A stretch of DNA of 64,000 nt from Euglena gracilis (lineage: Eukaryota): assembly GCA_039621445.1 (NCBI GenBank), contig CP154954.1:35511703-35575702 (forward strand). The letters are read 5' to 3'. Below, piece after piece: positions 20,830 to 35,800 of the stretch (position 1 is its first letter; each line of letters opens with the position of its first letter). The notes under the pieces are model-generated. The model searched no databases. It had not been told where the DNA came from and saw only the letters and a list, made by a program, of their open reading frames with translations. The position numbers and the translations under genes were made by a program.

Positions 20830-23800
20830 CTTACTCCGAGTAACTGAATGGGTGTTCCAGGAGGCCTCCAAAGTTAGGGGAACCGTTGGTTTCATGATTG
20901 TTGTGGTTTAATGGTAAGAAAAACGTGCAGCGGGAATGTTGGTTGCAATAAATGAGCACATTTATATGGGTGCATTCGACCGTTTAGGGGGACGTTTACC
21001 TGGTCAGCCCAGGTTACCATGTAAAAATGGACCAAATTGGGCATTACTCCGAGTAACTGAATGGGTGTTCCAGGAGGCCTCCAAACTCAGGGCATCCGTT
21101 GGTTTCATGATTGCGTGGTTTAATGGTAAGAAAAACATGCACCGGGAATGTTGGTTACAAGAAATGAGCACATTTAGATGGGTGTTATTCGGGGGACGTT
21201 TACCAGGTCAGCCCAGGTTACCGTGTAAAAATGGACCAAATTGGGCCTTACTCCGAGTAACTGAATGGGTGTTCCAGGAGGCCTCCAAAGTCAGGGGACC
21301 CGTTGGTTTCATGATTGTCGTGGTTTAATGGTAAGAAAAACATGCAGCGGGAATGTTGGTTGCAAGGAATGAGCACATTTAGATGGGTGTATACCTGGGG
21401 GACGTTTACCAGGTCAGCCCAGGTTACCATGTAAAAATGGACCGAATTGGGCCTTACTCCGAGTAACTGAATGGGTGTTCCAGGAGGCCTCCAAAGTCAG
21501 GGGACCCGTTGGTTTCATGATTGTCGTGGTTTAATGGTAAGAAAAACATGCAGCGGAAAGGTTGGTCGCAAGAAATGAGCACATTTAGATGGGTGCATTC
21601 GACCATTCCGGGGGACGTTTACCAGGTCAGCCCAGGTTACCATGTAAAAATGGACCAAATTGGGCCTTACGCCGTGTAACTGAATGGGTGTTCCAGGAGG
21701 CCTCCAAAGTCAGGGGACCCGTTGGTTTCATGATTGTAGTGGTTTAATGGTAAGAAAAACAAGCAGCGGGAATGTTGGTTGCAAGAAATGAGCACATTTA
21801 GATGGTTGCATTCGACCATTTCGAGGGACATTTACGAGGTCAGCCCAGGTTGCCGTGTAAAAATGGACCAAATTGGGCCTTGCTCCTAGTAACCGAATGG
21901 GTGTTCCAGGAGGCCTCCAAAGTCAGGGGACCCGTTGGTTTCATGATTTTCGTGGTTTAATGGTAAGAAAAACATGCAGCGGGAAGGTTGGTTGCAAGAA
22001 ATGAGCATATTTATATGGGTGCATTCGACCATTTCGGGGACATTTACCAGGTCAGCCCAGGTTGCTGTGTAAAAATGGACCAAATTGGGCCTTACTCCGA
22101 GTAACCGAATGGGTGTTCCAGGAGGCCTCCAAAGTCAGGGGACCCGTTGTTTTCATGATTGTCGTGGTTTAATGGTAGAAAAACATGCAGCGGGAATGTT
22201 GGTTGCAAGAAATGAGAACATTTAGATGGGTGCATTCGACCATTTCGGGGGACATTTACCAGGTCAGCCCAGGTTACCGTGTAAAAATGGACCAAATTAG
22301 GCCTTATTCCGTGTAACTGAATGCGTGTTCCAGGAGGCCTCCAAAGTCAGCGGACCCGTTGGTTTCATGGTTGCGTGGTTTTTTTGGTAAGAAAAGCATG
22401 CAACGGGAATGTTGGTTGCAAGAAATGAGCACATTTAGATGGGTGCATTCGACCATTTCGGGGGACATTTACCAGGTCAGCCCAGGTTGCCGTGTAAAAA
22501 TGGACCAAATTGGGCCTTACTCCGAGTAACTGAATGGGTGTTCCAGCGGCCTACAAAGTCAGGGGACCCGTTGGTTTCATGATTTTCGAGGTTCAATGGT
22601 AAGAAAAACATGCCGCGGGAATGTTGGTTGTAAGAAATGAGCACATTTAGATGGGTGCATTCGACCATTTCGGGGGACGTTTACCAGGTCAGCCCAGGTT
22701 ACCATGTAAAAATGGACCAAATTGGGCCTTACTCCGAGTAACTGAATGGGTGTTAAAGGAGGCCTCCAAAGTTAAGGGAACCGTTGGTTTCATGATTGTT
22801 GTGGTTTAATGGTAAGAAAAACATGCAGCGAGAATGTTGGTTGCAAGAAATGAGCGACCATTTCGGGGACGTTTACCAGGTCAGCCCAGGTTACCATGTA
22901 AAAATGGACCAAATTGGGCCTTACTCCGAGTAACTGAATGGGTGTTCCAGGAGGCCTCCAAAGTCAGGGGACCCGTTGGTTTCATGATTGCGTGGTTTAA
23001 TGGTAAGAAAAACATGCACCGGGAATGTTGGTTACAAGAAATGAGCACATTTAGATGGGTGCATTTCGGGGGACGTTTACCAGGTCAGCCCAGGTTACCG
23101 TGTAAAAATGGACCAAATTGGGCCTTACTCCGAGTAACTGAATGGGTGTTCCAACAGGCCTCCAAAGTCAGGGGACCCGTTGGTTTCATGATTGTCGTGG
23201 TTTAATGGTAAGAAAAACATGCAGCGGGAAGGTTGGTCGCAAGAAATGAGCACATTTAGATGGGTGCATTCGACCATTCCGGGGGACGTTTACCAGGTCA
23301 GCCCAGGTTGCCGTGTAAAAATGGACCAAATTGGGCCTTACTCCGAGTAACCGAATGGGTGTTCCAGGAGCCCTCCAAAGTCAGGGGACCCGTTGGTTTC
23401 ATGATTGTCCTGGTTTAATGGTAAGAAAAACATGCAGCGGGAAGGTTGGTTGCAAGGAATGTGCACATTTAGCTGGGTGTATTTCGGGGGACGTTTACCA
23501 GGTCAGCCCAGGTTGCCGTGTAAAAATGGACCAAATTGGGCCTTACTCCGAGTAACCGAATGGGTGTTCCAGGAGCCCTCCAAAGTCAGGGGAACCGTTG
23601 GTTTCATGATTTTTGTGGTTTAATGGTAAGAAAAACATGCAGCGGGAAGGTTGGTTGAAAGAAATGAGCACATTTAGATGGGTGCATTCGACCATTTCGG
23701 GGACATTTACCAGGTCAGCCCGGGTTGCCGTGTAAAAATGGACCAAATTGGGCCTTACGCCGTGTAACTGAATGGGTGTTCCAGGAGGCCTCCAAAGTCA

Positions 23801-26800
23801 GGGGACCCGTTGGTTTCATGATTGTAGTGGTTTAATGGTAAGAAAAACAAGCAGCGGGAATGTTGGTTGCAAGAAATGAGCACATTTAGATGGTTGCATT
23901 CGACCATTTCGAGGGACATTTACGAGGTCAGCCCAGGTTGCCGTGTAAAAATGGACCAAATTGGGCCTTGCTCCTAGTAACCGAATGGGTGTTCCAGGAG
24001 GCCTCCAAAGTCAGGGGACCCGTTGGTTTCATGATTTTCGTGGTTTAATGGTAAGAAAAACATGCAGCGGGAAGGTTGGTTGCAAGAAATGAGCACATTT
24101 ATATGGGTGCATTCGACCATTTCGGGGACATTTACCAGGTCAGCCCAGGTTGCTGTGTAAAAATGGACCAAATTGGGCCTTACTCCGAGTAACCGAATGG
24201 GTGTTCCAGGAGGCTTCCAAAGTCAGGGGACCCGTTGTTTTCATGATTGTCGTGGTTTAATGGTAGAAAAGCATGCAGCGGGAATGTTGGTTGCAAGAAA
24301 TGAGAACATTTAGATGGGTGCATTCGACCATTTCGGGGGACATTTACCAGGTCAGCCCAGGTTACCATGTAAAAATGGACCAAATTAGGCCTTATTCCGT
24401 GTAACTGAATGCGTGTTCCAGGAGGCCTCCAAAGTCAGCGGACCCGTTGGTTTCATGGTTGCGTGGTTTTTTTGGTAAGAAAAGCATGCAACGGGAGTGT
24501 TGGTTGCAAGAAATGAGCACATTTAGATGGGTGCATTCGACCATTTCGGGGGACATTTACCAGGTCAGCCCAGGTTGCCGTGTAAAAATGGACCAAATTG
24601 GGCCTTACTCCGAGTAACTGAATGGGTGTTCCAGCGGCCTACAAAGTCAGGGGACCCGTTGGTTTCATGATTTTCGAGGTTCAATGGTAAGAAAAACATG
24701 CCGCGGGAATGTTGGTTGTAAGAAATGAGCACATTTAGATGGGTGCATTCGACCATTTCGGGGGACGTTTACCAGGTCAGCCCAGGTTACCATGTAAAAA
24801 TGGACCAAATTGGGCCTTACTCCGAGTAACTGAATGGGTGTTAAAGGAGGCCTCCAAAGTTAAGGGAACCGTTGGTTTCATGATTGTTGTGGTTTAATGG
24901 TAAGAAAAACATGCAGCGAGAATGTTGGTTGCAAGAAATGAGCGACCATTTCGGGGACGTTTACCAGGTCAGCCCAGGTTACCATGTAAAAATGGACCAA
25001 ATTGGGCCTTACTCCGAGTAACTGAATGGGTGTTCCAGGAGGCCTCCAAAGTCAGGGGACCCGTTGGTTTCATGATTGCGTGCTTTAATGGTAAGAAAAA
25101 CATGCACCGGGAATGTTGGTTACAAGAAATGAGCACATTTAGATGGGTGTTTTTCGGGGGACGTTTACCAGGTCAGCCCAGGTTACCGTGTAAAAATGGA
25201 CCAAATTGGGCCTTACTCCGAGTAACTGAATGGGTGTTCCAACAGGCCTCCAAAGTCAGGGGACCCGTTGGTTTCATGATTGTCGTGGTTTAATGGTAAG
25301 AAAAACATGCAGCGGGAATGTTGGTTGCAAGAAATGAGCACATTTAGATGGGTGCATTCGACCATTCCGGGGGACGTTTACCAGGTCAGCCCAGGTTACC
25401 ATGTAAAAATGGACCAAATTGGGCCTTACTCCGAGTAACCGAATGGGTGTTCCAGGAGGCCTCCAAAGTCAGGGGACCCGTTGGTTTCATGATTGTCGTG
25501 GTTTAATGGTAAGAAAAACATGCAGCGGGAAGGTTGGTTGCAAGGAATGTGCACATTTAGCTGGGTGTATTTCGGGGGACGTTTACCAGGTCAGCCCAGG
25601 TTACCGTGTAAAAATGGACCAAATTGGGCCTTACTCCGAGTAACCGAATGGGTGTTCCAGGAGGCCTCCAAAGTCAGGGGACCCGTTGGTTTCATGATTG
25701 TCGTGGTTTAATGGTAAGAAAAACATGCAGCGGGAAGGTTGGTTGCAAGAAATGAGCACATTTAGATGGGTGCATTCGACCATTTCGGGGACATTTACCA
25801 GGTCAGCCCGGGTTGCCGTGTAAAGATGGACCAAATTGGGCCTTACTCCGAGTAACCGAATGGGTGTTCCAGGAGGCCTCCAAAGTCAGGGGACCCGTTG
25901 GTTTCATGATTGTCGTGGTTTAATGGTAAGAAAAACATGCAGCGGGAATGTTGGTTGCAAGGAATGAGCACATTTAGATGGGTGTATTTCGGGGGACGTT
26001 TACCAGGTCAGCCCAGGTTACCATGTAAAAATGGACCAAATTGGGCCTTACTCCGAGTAACTGAAAGTGTGTTCCATGATTGTCGTGGTTTAATGGTAAG
26101 AAAAACATGCAGCGGGAAGGTTGGTTGCAAGAAATGAGCACATTTAGATGGGTGCATTCGACCATTTCGGGGGACATTTACCAGGTCAGCCCAGGTTACC
26201 GTGTAAAAATGGACCAAATTGGGCCTTACTCCGAGTAACCGAATGGGTGTTCCAGGAGGCCTCCAAAGTCAGGGGACCCGTTGGTTTCATGATTGTCGTG
26301 GTTTAATGGTAAGAAAAACATGCAGCGGGAATGTTGGTTGCAAGAAATGAGCACATTTAGATGGGTGCATTCGACCATTCCGGGGGACGTTTACCAGGTC
26401 AGCCCAGGTTACCATGTAAAAATGGACCAAATTGGGCCTTACTCCGAGTAACTGAATGGGTGTTCCAGGAGGCCTCCAAAGTCAGGGGACCCGTTGGTTT
26501 CATGATTGTCGTGGTTTAATGGTAAGAAAAACATGCAGCGGGAATGTTGGTTGCAAGAAATGAGCACATTTAGATGGGTGCATTCGACCATTCCGGGGGA
26601 CGTTTACCAGGTCAGCCCAGGTTACCGTGTAAAAATGGACCAAATTGGGCCTTACTCCGAGTAACCGAATGGGTGTTCCAGGAGGCCTCCAAACTCAGGG
26701 GACCAGTTGGTTTCATGATTGTCGTGGTTTAATGGTGAAAAAAAACAAGCAGCGGGATTGTTGGTTGCAAGAAATGCGCACATTTAGATGGGTGCATTCG

Positions 26801-29800
26801 ACCATTCCGGGGGACGTTTACCAGGTCAGCCCAGGTTACCATGTAAAAATGGACCAAATTGGGCCTTACTCCGAGTAACTGAATGGGTGTTCCAGGAGGC
26901 CTCCAAAGTCAGGGGACCCGTTGGTTTCATGATTGTCGTGGTTTAATGGTAAGAGACACATGCAGCGGGAATGTTGGTTGCAAGAAATGCGCACATTTAG
27001 ATGCGTGCATTCGACCATTCCGGGGGACGTTTACCAGGTCAGCCCAGGTTACCGTGTAAAAATGAACCAAATTGGGCCTTACTCCGAGTAACTGAATGGG
27101 GGTTCCAGGAGGCCTCCAAAGTCAAGGGACCTGTTGGTTTCATGATTGTCGTGGTTTAATGGTAAGAAAAAACATGCAGCGGGAATGTTGGTTGCAGGAT
27201 ATGAGCACATTTAGAGGGGTGCATTCGACCATTCCGGGGACATTTACCAGGTCAGCCCAGGTTACCATGCAAAAATGGACCAAATTGGGCGTTACTCCGA
27301 GTAACTTAATGGGTGTTACAGGAGGCCTCCAAAGTCAGGGGACCCGTTGGTTTCATGATTGTCGAGGTTTAATGGTAAGAAAAACATGCGGCGGGAATGT
27401 TGGTTGCAAGAAATGAGCACATTTAGATGGGTGCATTCGACCATTCCGGGGGACATTTACCAGGTCAGCCCAGGTTACCGTGTAAAAATGGACCAAATTG
27501 GGCCTTACTCCAAGTAACCGAATGGGTGTTCCAGGAGGCCTCCAAAGTCAGGGGACCCTTCGGTTTCATTATTGTCGTGGTTTAATGGTAAGAGAAACAT
27601 GCAGCGGGAATGTTGGTTGCAAGAAATGAGCACATTTAGATGGGTGCATTCGACCATTCCGGGGGACATTTACCAGGTCAGCCCAGGTTACCGTGTAAAA
27701 ATGGACCAAATTGGGCCTTACTCCGAGTAACTGAATGGGTGTTCCAGGAGGCCTCCAAAGTCAGGGGACCCGTTGGTTTCATGATTGTCGAGGTTTAATG
27801 GTAAGAAAAACATGCAGCGGGAATGTTGGTTGCAAGAAATGAGCACATTTAGATGGGTGCATTCGACCATTCCGGGGGACATTTACCAGGTCAGCCCAGG
27901 TTACCGTGTAAAAATGGACCAAATTGGGCCTTACTCCGAGTAACTGAATGGGTGTTCCAGGAGGCCTCCAAAGTCAGGGGACCCGTTGGTTTCATGATTG
28001 TCGTGGTTTAATGTTAGAAAACGCATGCAGCGGGAATGTTGGTTGCAAGAAATGAGCACATTTCGATGGGTGCATTCGACCATTTCGGGGGACATTTACC
28101 AGGTCAGCCCAGGTTACCGTGAAAAAATGGACCAAGTTGGGCCTTACTCCGAGTAACTGAATGGGTGTTCCAGGAGGCCTCCAAAGTCAGGGGACCCGTT
28201 GGTTTCATGATTGTCGTGGTTTAATGGTAAGAAAAACATGCAGTGGGAATGTTGGTTGCAAGAAATGAGCACATTTAGATGGGTGCATTCGACCATTCCG
28301 GGGGACGTTTACCAGGTCAGCCCAGGTTATCATGTAAAAATGGACCAAATTGGGCCTTACTCCGAGTAACTGAATGGGTGTTCCAGGAGGCCTCCAAAGT
28401 CAGGGGACCCGTTGGTTTCATGATTGTCGTGGTTTAATGGTAAGAAAAACATGCAGCGGGAATGTTGGTTGCAAGAAATGAGCACATTTAGATTACCAGG
28501 TCAGCCCAGGTTACCATGTAAAAATGGACCAAATTGGGCCTTACTCCGAGTAACTGAATGGGTGTTCCAGGAGGCCTCCAAAGTCAGGGGACCCGTTGGT
28601 TTCATGATTGTCGTGGTTTAATGGTAAGAAAAACATGCAGCGGGAATGTTGGTTGCAAGAAATGAGCACATTTAGGTGGGTGCATTCGACCATTTCGGGG
28701 AACATTTACCAGGTCAGCCCAGGTTACCATGTAAAAATGGACCAAATTGGGCCTTACTCCGAGTAACTGAATGGGTGTTCCAGGAGGCCTCCAAAGTCAG
28801 GGGACCCGTTGGTTTCATGATTGTCGTGGTTTAATGGTAAGAAAAACATGCAGCGGGAATGTTGGTTGCAAGAAATGAGCACATTTAGATGGGTGCATTC
28901 GACCATTTCGGGGGACATTTACCAGGTCAGCCCAGGTTACCGTGAAAAAATGGACCAAATTGGGCCTTACTCCGAGTAACCGAATGGGTGTTCCAGGAGG
29001 CCTCCAAAGTCAGGGGACCCGTTGGTTTCATGATTGTCGTGGTTTAATGGTAAGAAAAACATGCAGCGGGAATGTTGGTTGCAAGAAATGAGCACATTTA
29101 GATGGGTGCATTCGACCATTTGTGGGACGTTTACCAGGTCAGCCCAGGTTACCATGTAAAAATGGACCAAATTGGGCCTTACTCCGAGTAACTGAATGGG
29201 TGTTCCAGGAGGCCTCCAAAGTCAGGGGACCCGTTGGTTTCATGATTGTCGTGGTTTAATGTTAGAAAACACATGCAGCGGGAATGTTGGTTGCAAGAAA
29301 TGAGCACATTTAGATGGGTGCATTCGACCATTTCGGGGGACATTTACCAGGTCAGCCCAGGTTACCGTGTAAAAATGGACCAAATTGGGCCTTACTCCGA
29401 GTAACTGAATGGGTGTTCCAGGAGGCCTCCAAAGTCAGGGGACCCGTTGGTTTCATGATTGTCGTGGTTTAATGGTAAGAAAAACATGCAGCGGGAATGT
29501 TGGTTGCAAGAAATGAGCACATTTAGATGGGTGCATTCGACCATTCCGGGGGACGTTTACCAGGTCAGCCCAGGTTACCATGTAAAAATGGACCAAATTG
29601 GGCCTTACTCCGAGTAACCGAATGGGTGTTCCAGGAGGCCTCCAAAGTCAGGGGACCCGTTGGTTTCATGATTGTCGTGGTTTAATGGTAAGAAAAAACA
29701 TGCAGCGGGAATGTTGGTTGCAAGAAATGAGCACATTTAGATGGGTGCATTCGACCATTCCGGGGGACATTTACCAGGTCAGCCCAGGTTACCATGTAAA

Positions 29801-32800
29801 AATGGACCAAATTGGGCCTTACTCCGAGTAACCGAATGGGTGTTCCAGGAGGCCTCCAAAGTCAGGGGACCCGTTGGTTTCATGATTGTCGTGGTTTAAG
29901 GTAAGAAAAACATGCAGCGGGAATGTTGGTTGCAAGAAATGAGCACATTTAGGTGGGTGCATTCGACCATTTCGGGGAACATTTACCAGGTCAGCCCAGG
30001 TGTACCGTGTAAAAATGGACCAAATTGGGCATTCCTCCGAGTAACTGAATGGGTGTTCCAGGAGGCCTCCAAAGTCAGGGGACCGGTTGGTTTCATGATT
30101 GTCGTGGTTAAATGTTAAGAAAAACCTGCAGCGGGAATGTTGGTTGCAAGAAATGAGCACATTTAGATGGGTGCATTCCACCATTTGGGGGACGTTTACC
30201 AGGTCAGCCCAGGTTACCGTGTAAAAATGGACCAAATTGGGCCTTACTCCGAGTAACTGAATGGGTGTTCCAGGAGGCCTCCAAAGTCAGGGGACCCGTT
30301 GGTTTCATGATTGTCGTGGTTTAATGTTAGAAAACACATGCAGCGGGAATGCTGGTTGCAAGAAATGAGCACATTTAGATGGGTGCATTCAACCATTTCG
30401 GGGGACATTTACCAGGTCAGCCCAGGTTACCGTGAAAAAATGGACCAAGTTGGGCCTTACTCCGAGTAACTGAATGGGTGTTCCAGGAGGCCTCCAAAGT
30501 CAGGGGACCCGTTGGTTTCATGATTGTCGTGGTTTAATGGTAAGAAAAACAAGCAGCGGGAATGTTGGTTGCAAGAAATGAGCACATTTAGATGGGTGCA
30601 TTCGACCATTTCGGGGGACGTTTACCAGGTCAGCCCAGGTTACCGTGTAAAAATGGACCAAATTGGGCCTTACTCCGAGTAACTGAATGGGTGTTCCAGG
30701 AGGCCTCCAAAGTCAGGGGACCCGTTGGTTTCATGATTGTCGTGGTTTAATGGTAAGAAAAACATGCAGCGGGAATGTTGGTTGCAAGAAATGAGCACAT
30801 TTAGGTGGGTGCATTCGACCATTTCGGGGACATTTACCAGGTCAGCCCAGGTTACCGTGTAAAAATGGACCAAATTGGGCCTTACTCCGAGTAACTGAAT
30901 GGGTGTTCCAGGAGGCCTCCAAAGTCAGGGGACCCGTTGGTTTCATGATTGTCGTGGTTAAATGTTAAGAAAAACCTGCAGCGGGAATGTTGGTTGCAAG
31001 AAATGAGCACATTTAGATGGGTGCATTCCACCATTTGGGGGACGTTTACCAGGTCAGCCCAGGTTACCGTGTAAAAATGGACCAAATTGGGCCTTACTCC
31101 GAGTAACTGAATGGGTGTTCCAGGAGGCCTCCAAAGTCAGGGGACCCGTTGGTTTCATGATTGTCGTGGTTTAATGTTAGAAAACACATGCAGCGGGAAT
31201 GCTGGTTGCAAGAAATGAGCACATTTAGATGGGTGCATTCAACCATTTCGGGGGACATTTACCAGGTCAGCCCAGTTTACCGTGAAAAAATGGACCAAGT
31301 TGGGCCTTACTCCGAGTAACTGAATGGGTGTTCCAGGAGGCTTCCAAAGTCAGGGGACCCGTTGGTTTCATGATTGTTGTGTAATGTGAAGAAAAACATG
31401 CAGTGGGAATGTTGGTTGCAAGAAATGAGCACATTTAGATGGGTGCATTCGACCATTTCGGGGGACGTTTACCAGGTCAGCCCAGGTTACCGTGTAAAAA
31501 TGGACCAAATTGGGCCTTACTCCGAGTAACTGAATGGGTGTTCCAGGAGGCCTCCAAAGTCAGGGGACCCGTTGGTTTCATGATTGTCGTGGTTTAATGG
31601 TAAGAAAAACATGCAGCGGGAATGTTGGTTGCAAGAAATGAGCACATTTAGATGGGTGCATTCGACCATTTCGGGGGACATTTACCAGGTCAGCCCAGGT
31701 GTACCGTGTAAAAATGGACCAAATTGGGCATTCCTCCGAGTAACTGAATGGGTGTTCCAGGAGGCCTCCAAAGTCAGGGGACCCGTTGGTTTCATGATTG
31801 TCGTGGTTTAATGTTAGAAAACACATGCAGCGGGAATGTTGGTTGCAAGAAATGAGCACATTTAGATGGGTGCATTCGACCATTTGGGGGACGTTTACCA
31901 GGTCAGCCCAGGTTACCGTGTAAAAATGGACCAAATTGGGCCTTACTCCGAGTAACTGAATGGGTGTTCCAGGAGGCCTCCAAAGTCAGGGGACCCGTTG
32001 GTTTCATGATTGTCGTGGTTTAATGTTAAGAAAAACATGCAGCGGGAATGCTGGTTGCAAGAAATGAGCACATTTAGATGGGTGCATTCAACCATTTCGG
32101 GGGACATTTACCAGGTCAGCCCAGGTTACCGTGAAAAAATGGACCAAATTGGGCCTTACTCCGAGTAACTGAATGGGTGTTCCAGGAGGCCTCCAAAGTC
32201 AGGGGACCCGTTGGTTTCATGATTGTCGTGGTTTAATGGTAAGAAAAACATGCAGCGGGAATGTTGGTTGCAAGAAATGAGCACATTTAGATGGGTGCAT
32301 TCGACCATTTGTGGGACGTTTACCAGGTCAGCCCAGGTTACCGTGTAAAAATGGACCAAATTGGGCCTTACTCCGAGTAACTGAATGGGTGTTCCAGGAG
32401 GCCTCCAAAGTCAGGGGACCCGTTGGTTTCATGATTGTCGTGGTTTAATGGTAAGAAAAACATGCAGCGGGAATGTTGGTTGCAAGAAATGAGCACATTT
32501 AGGTGGGTGCATTCGACCATTTCGGGGGACATTTACCAGGTCAGCCCAGGTGTACCGTGTAAAAATGGACCAAATTGGGCATTCCTCCGAGTAACTGAAT
32601 GGGTGTTCCAGGAGGCCTCCAAAGTCAGGGGACCGGTTGGTTTCATGATTGTCGTGGTTAAATGTTAAGAAAAACATGCAGCGGGAATGTTGGTTGCAAG
32701 AAATGAGCACATTTAGATGGGTGCATTCGACCATTATGGGGGACGTTTACCAGGTCAGCCCAGGTTACCGTGTAAAAATGGACCAAATTGGGCCTTACTC

Positions 32801-35800
32801 CGAGTAACTGAATGGGTGTTCCAGGAGGCCTCCAAAGTCAGGGGACCCGTTGGTTTCATGATTGTCGTGGTTTAATGTTAGAAAACACATGCAGCGGGAA
32901 TGCTGGTTGCAAGAAATGAGCACATTTAGATGGGTGCATTCGACCATTTCGGGGGACATTTACCAGGTCAGCCCAGGTTACCGTGTAAAAATGGACCAAA
33001 TTGGGCCTTACTCCGAGTAACTGAATGGGTGTTCCAGGAGGCCTCCAAAGTCAGGGGACCCGTTGGTTTCATGATTGTCGTGGTTTAATGGTAAGAAAAA
33101 CATGCAGCGGGAATGTTGGTTGCAAGAAATGAGCACATTTAGATGGGTGCATTCGACCATTTCGGGGGACGTTTACCAGGTCAGCCCAGGTTACCATGTA
33201 AAAATGGACCAAATTGGGCCTTACTCCGAGTAACTGAATGGGTGTTCCAGGAGGCCTCCAAAGTCAGGGGACCCGTTGGTTTCATGATTGTCGTGGTTTA
33301 ATGTTAAGAAAAACATGCAGCGGGAATGTTGGTTGCAAGAAATGAGCACATTTAGATGGGTGCATTCGACCATTTCGGGGGACATTTACCAGGTCAGCCC
33401 AGGTTACCATGTAAAAATGGACCAAATTGGGCCTTACTCCGAGTAACCGAATGGGTGTTCCAGGAGGCCTCCAAAGTCAGGGGACCCGTTGGTTTCATGA
33501 TTGTCGTGGTTTAATGGTAAGAAAAACATGCAGCGGGAATGTTGGTTGCAAGAAATGAGCACATTTAGATGGGTGCATTCGACCATTCCGGGGGACATTT
33601 ACCAGGTCAGCCCAGGTTACCGTGTAAAAATGGACCAAATTGGGCCTTACTCCGAGTAACCGAATGGGTGTTCCAGGAGGCCTCCAAAGTCAGGGGACCC
33701 GTTGGTTTCATGATTGTCGTGGTTTAATGGTAAAAAAAAAACATGCAGCGGGAATGTTGGTTGCAAGAAATGAGCACATTTAGATGGGTGCATTCGACCA
33801 TTTCGGGGGACATTTACCAGGTCAGCCCAGGTTACCGTGTAAAAAATGGACCAAATTGGGCCTTACTCCGAGTAACCGAATGGGTGTTCCAGGAGGCCTC
33901 CAAAGTCAGGGGACCCGTTGGTTTCATGATTGTCGTGGTTTAATGGTAAGAAAAACATGCAGCGGGAATGTTGGTTGCAAGAAATGAGCACATTTAGATG
34001 GGTGCATTCGACCATTTCGGGGGACATTTACCAGGTCAGCCCAGGTTACCGTGTAAAAATGGACCAAATTGGGCCTTACTCCGAGTAACTGAATGGGTGT
34101 TCCAGGAGGCCTCCAAAGTCAGGGGACCCGTTGGTTTCATGATTGTCGGTGTTTAATGGTAAGAAAAAACATGCAGCGGGAATGTTGGTTGCAAGAAATG
34201 AGCACATTTAGATGGGTGCATTCGACCATTCCGGGGGACATTTACCAGGTCAGCCCAGGTTACCGTGTAAAAATGGACCAAATTGGGCCTTACTCCGAGT
34301 AACTGAATGGGTGTTCCAGGAGGCCTCCAAAGTCAGGGGACCCGTTGGTTTCATGATTGTCGTGGTTTAATGGTAAGAAAAACATGCAGCGGGAATGTTG
34401 GTTGCAAGAAATGAGCACATTTAGATGGGTGCATTCGACCATTTCGGGGGACATTTACCAGGTCAGCCCAGGTTACCGTGTAAAAATGGACCAAATTGGG
34501 CCTTACTCCGAGTAACTGAATGGGTGTTCCAGGAGGCCTCCAAAGTCAGGGGACCCGTTGGTTTCATGATTGTCGTGGTTTAATGGTAAGAAAAACATGC
34601 AGCGGGAATGTTGGTTGCAAGAAATGAGCACATTTAGATGGGTGCATTCGACCATTCCGGGGGACGTTTACCAGGTCAGCCCAGGTTACCATGTAAAAAT
34701 GGACCAAATTGGGCCTTACTCCGAGTAACTGAATGGGTGTTCCAGGAGGCCTCCAAAGTCAGGGGACCCGTTGGTTTCATGATTGTCGTGGTTTAATGGT
34801 AAGAAAAACATGCAGCGGGAATGTTGGTTGCAAGAAATGAGCACATTTAGATGGGTGCATTCGACCATTTGTGGGACGTTTACCAGGTCAGCCCAGGTTA
34901 CCGTGTAAAAATGGACCAAATTGGGCCTTACTCCGAGTAACTGAATGGGTGTTCCAGGAGGCCTCCAAAGTCAGGGGACCCGTTGGTTTCATGATTGTCG
35001 TGGTTTAATGGTAAGAAAAACATGCAGCGGGAATGTTGGTTGCAAGAAATGAGCACATTTAGATGGGTGCATTCGACCATTTCGGGGAACATTTACCAGG
35101 TCAGCCCAGGTTACCGTGTAAAAATGGACCAAATTGGGCCTTACTCCGAGTAACTGAATGGGTGTTCCAGGAGGCCTCCAAAGTCAGGGGACCCGTTGGT
35201 TTCATGATTGTCGTGGTTAATGGTAAGAAAAACATGCAGCGGGAATGTTGGTTGCAAGAAATGAGCACATTTAGGTGGGTGCATTCGACCATTTCGGGGA
35301 ACATTTACCAGGTCAGCCCAGGTGTACCATGTAAAAATGGACCAAATTGGGCCTTACTCCGAGTAACTGAATGGGTGTTCCAGGAGGCCTCCAAAGTCAG
35401 GGGACCCGTTGGTTTCATGATTGTCGTGGTTTAATGGTAAGACAAACATTCAGCGGGAATTTGGTTGCAAGAAATGAGCACATTTAGATGGGTGCATTCG
35501 ACCATTTCGGGGGACATTTACCAGGTCAGCCCAGGTTACCGTGTAAAAATGGACCAAATTGGGCCTTACTCCGAGTAACTGAATGGGTGTTCCAGGAGGC
35601 CTCCAAAGTCAGGGGACCCGTTGGTTTCATGATTGTCGTGGTTTAATGGTAAGAAAAACATGCAGCGGGAATGTTGGTTGCAAGAAATGAGCACATTTAG
35701 ATGGGTGCATTCGACCATTTCGGGGGACATTTACCAGGTCAGCCCAGGTTACCGTGTGAAAATGGACCAAATTGGGCCTTACTCCGAGTAACTGAATGGG

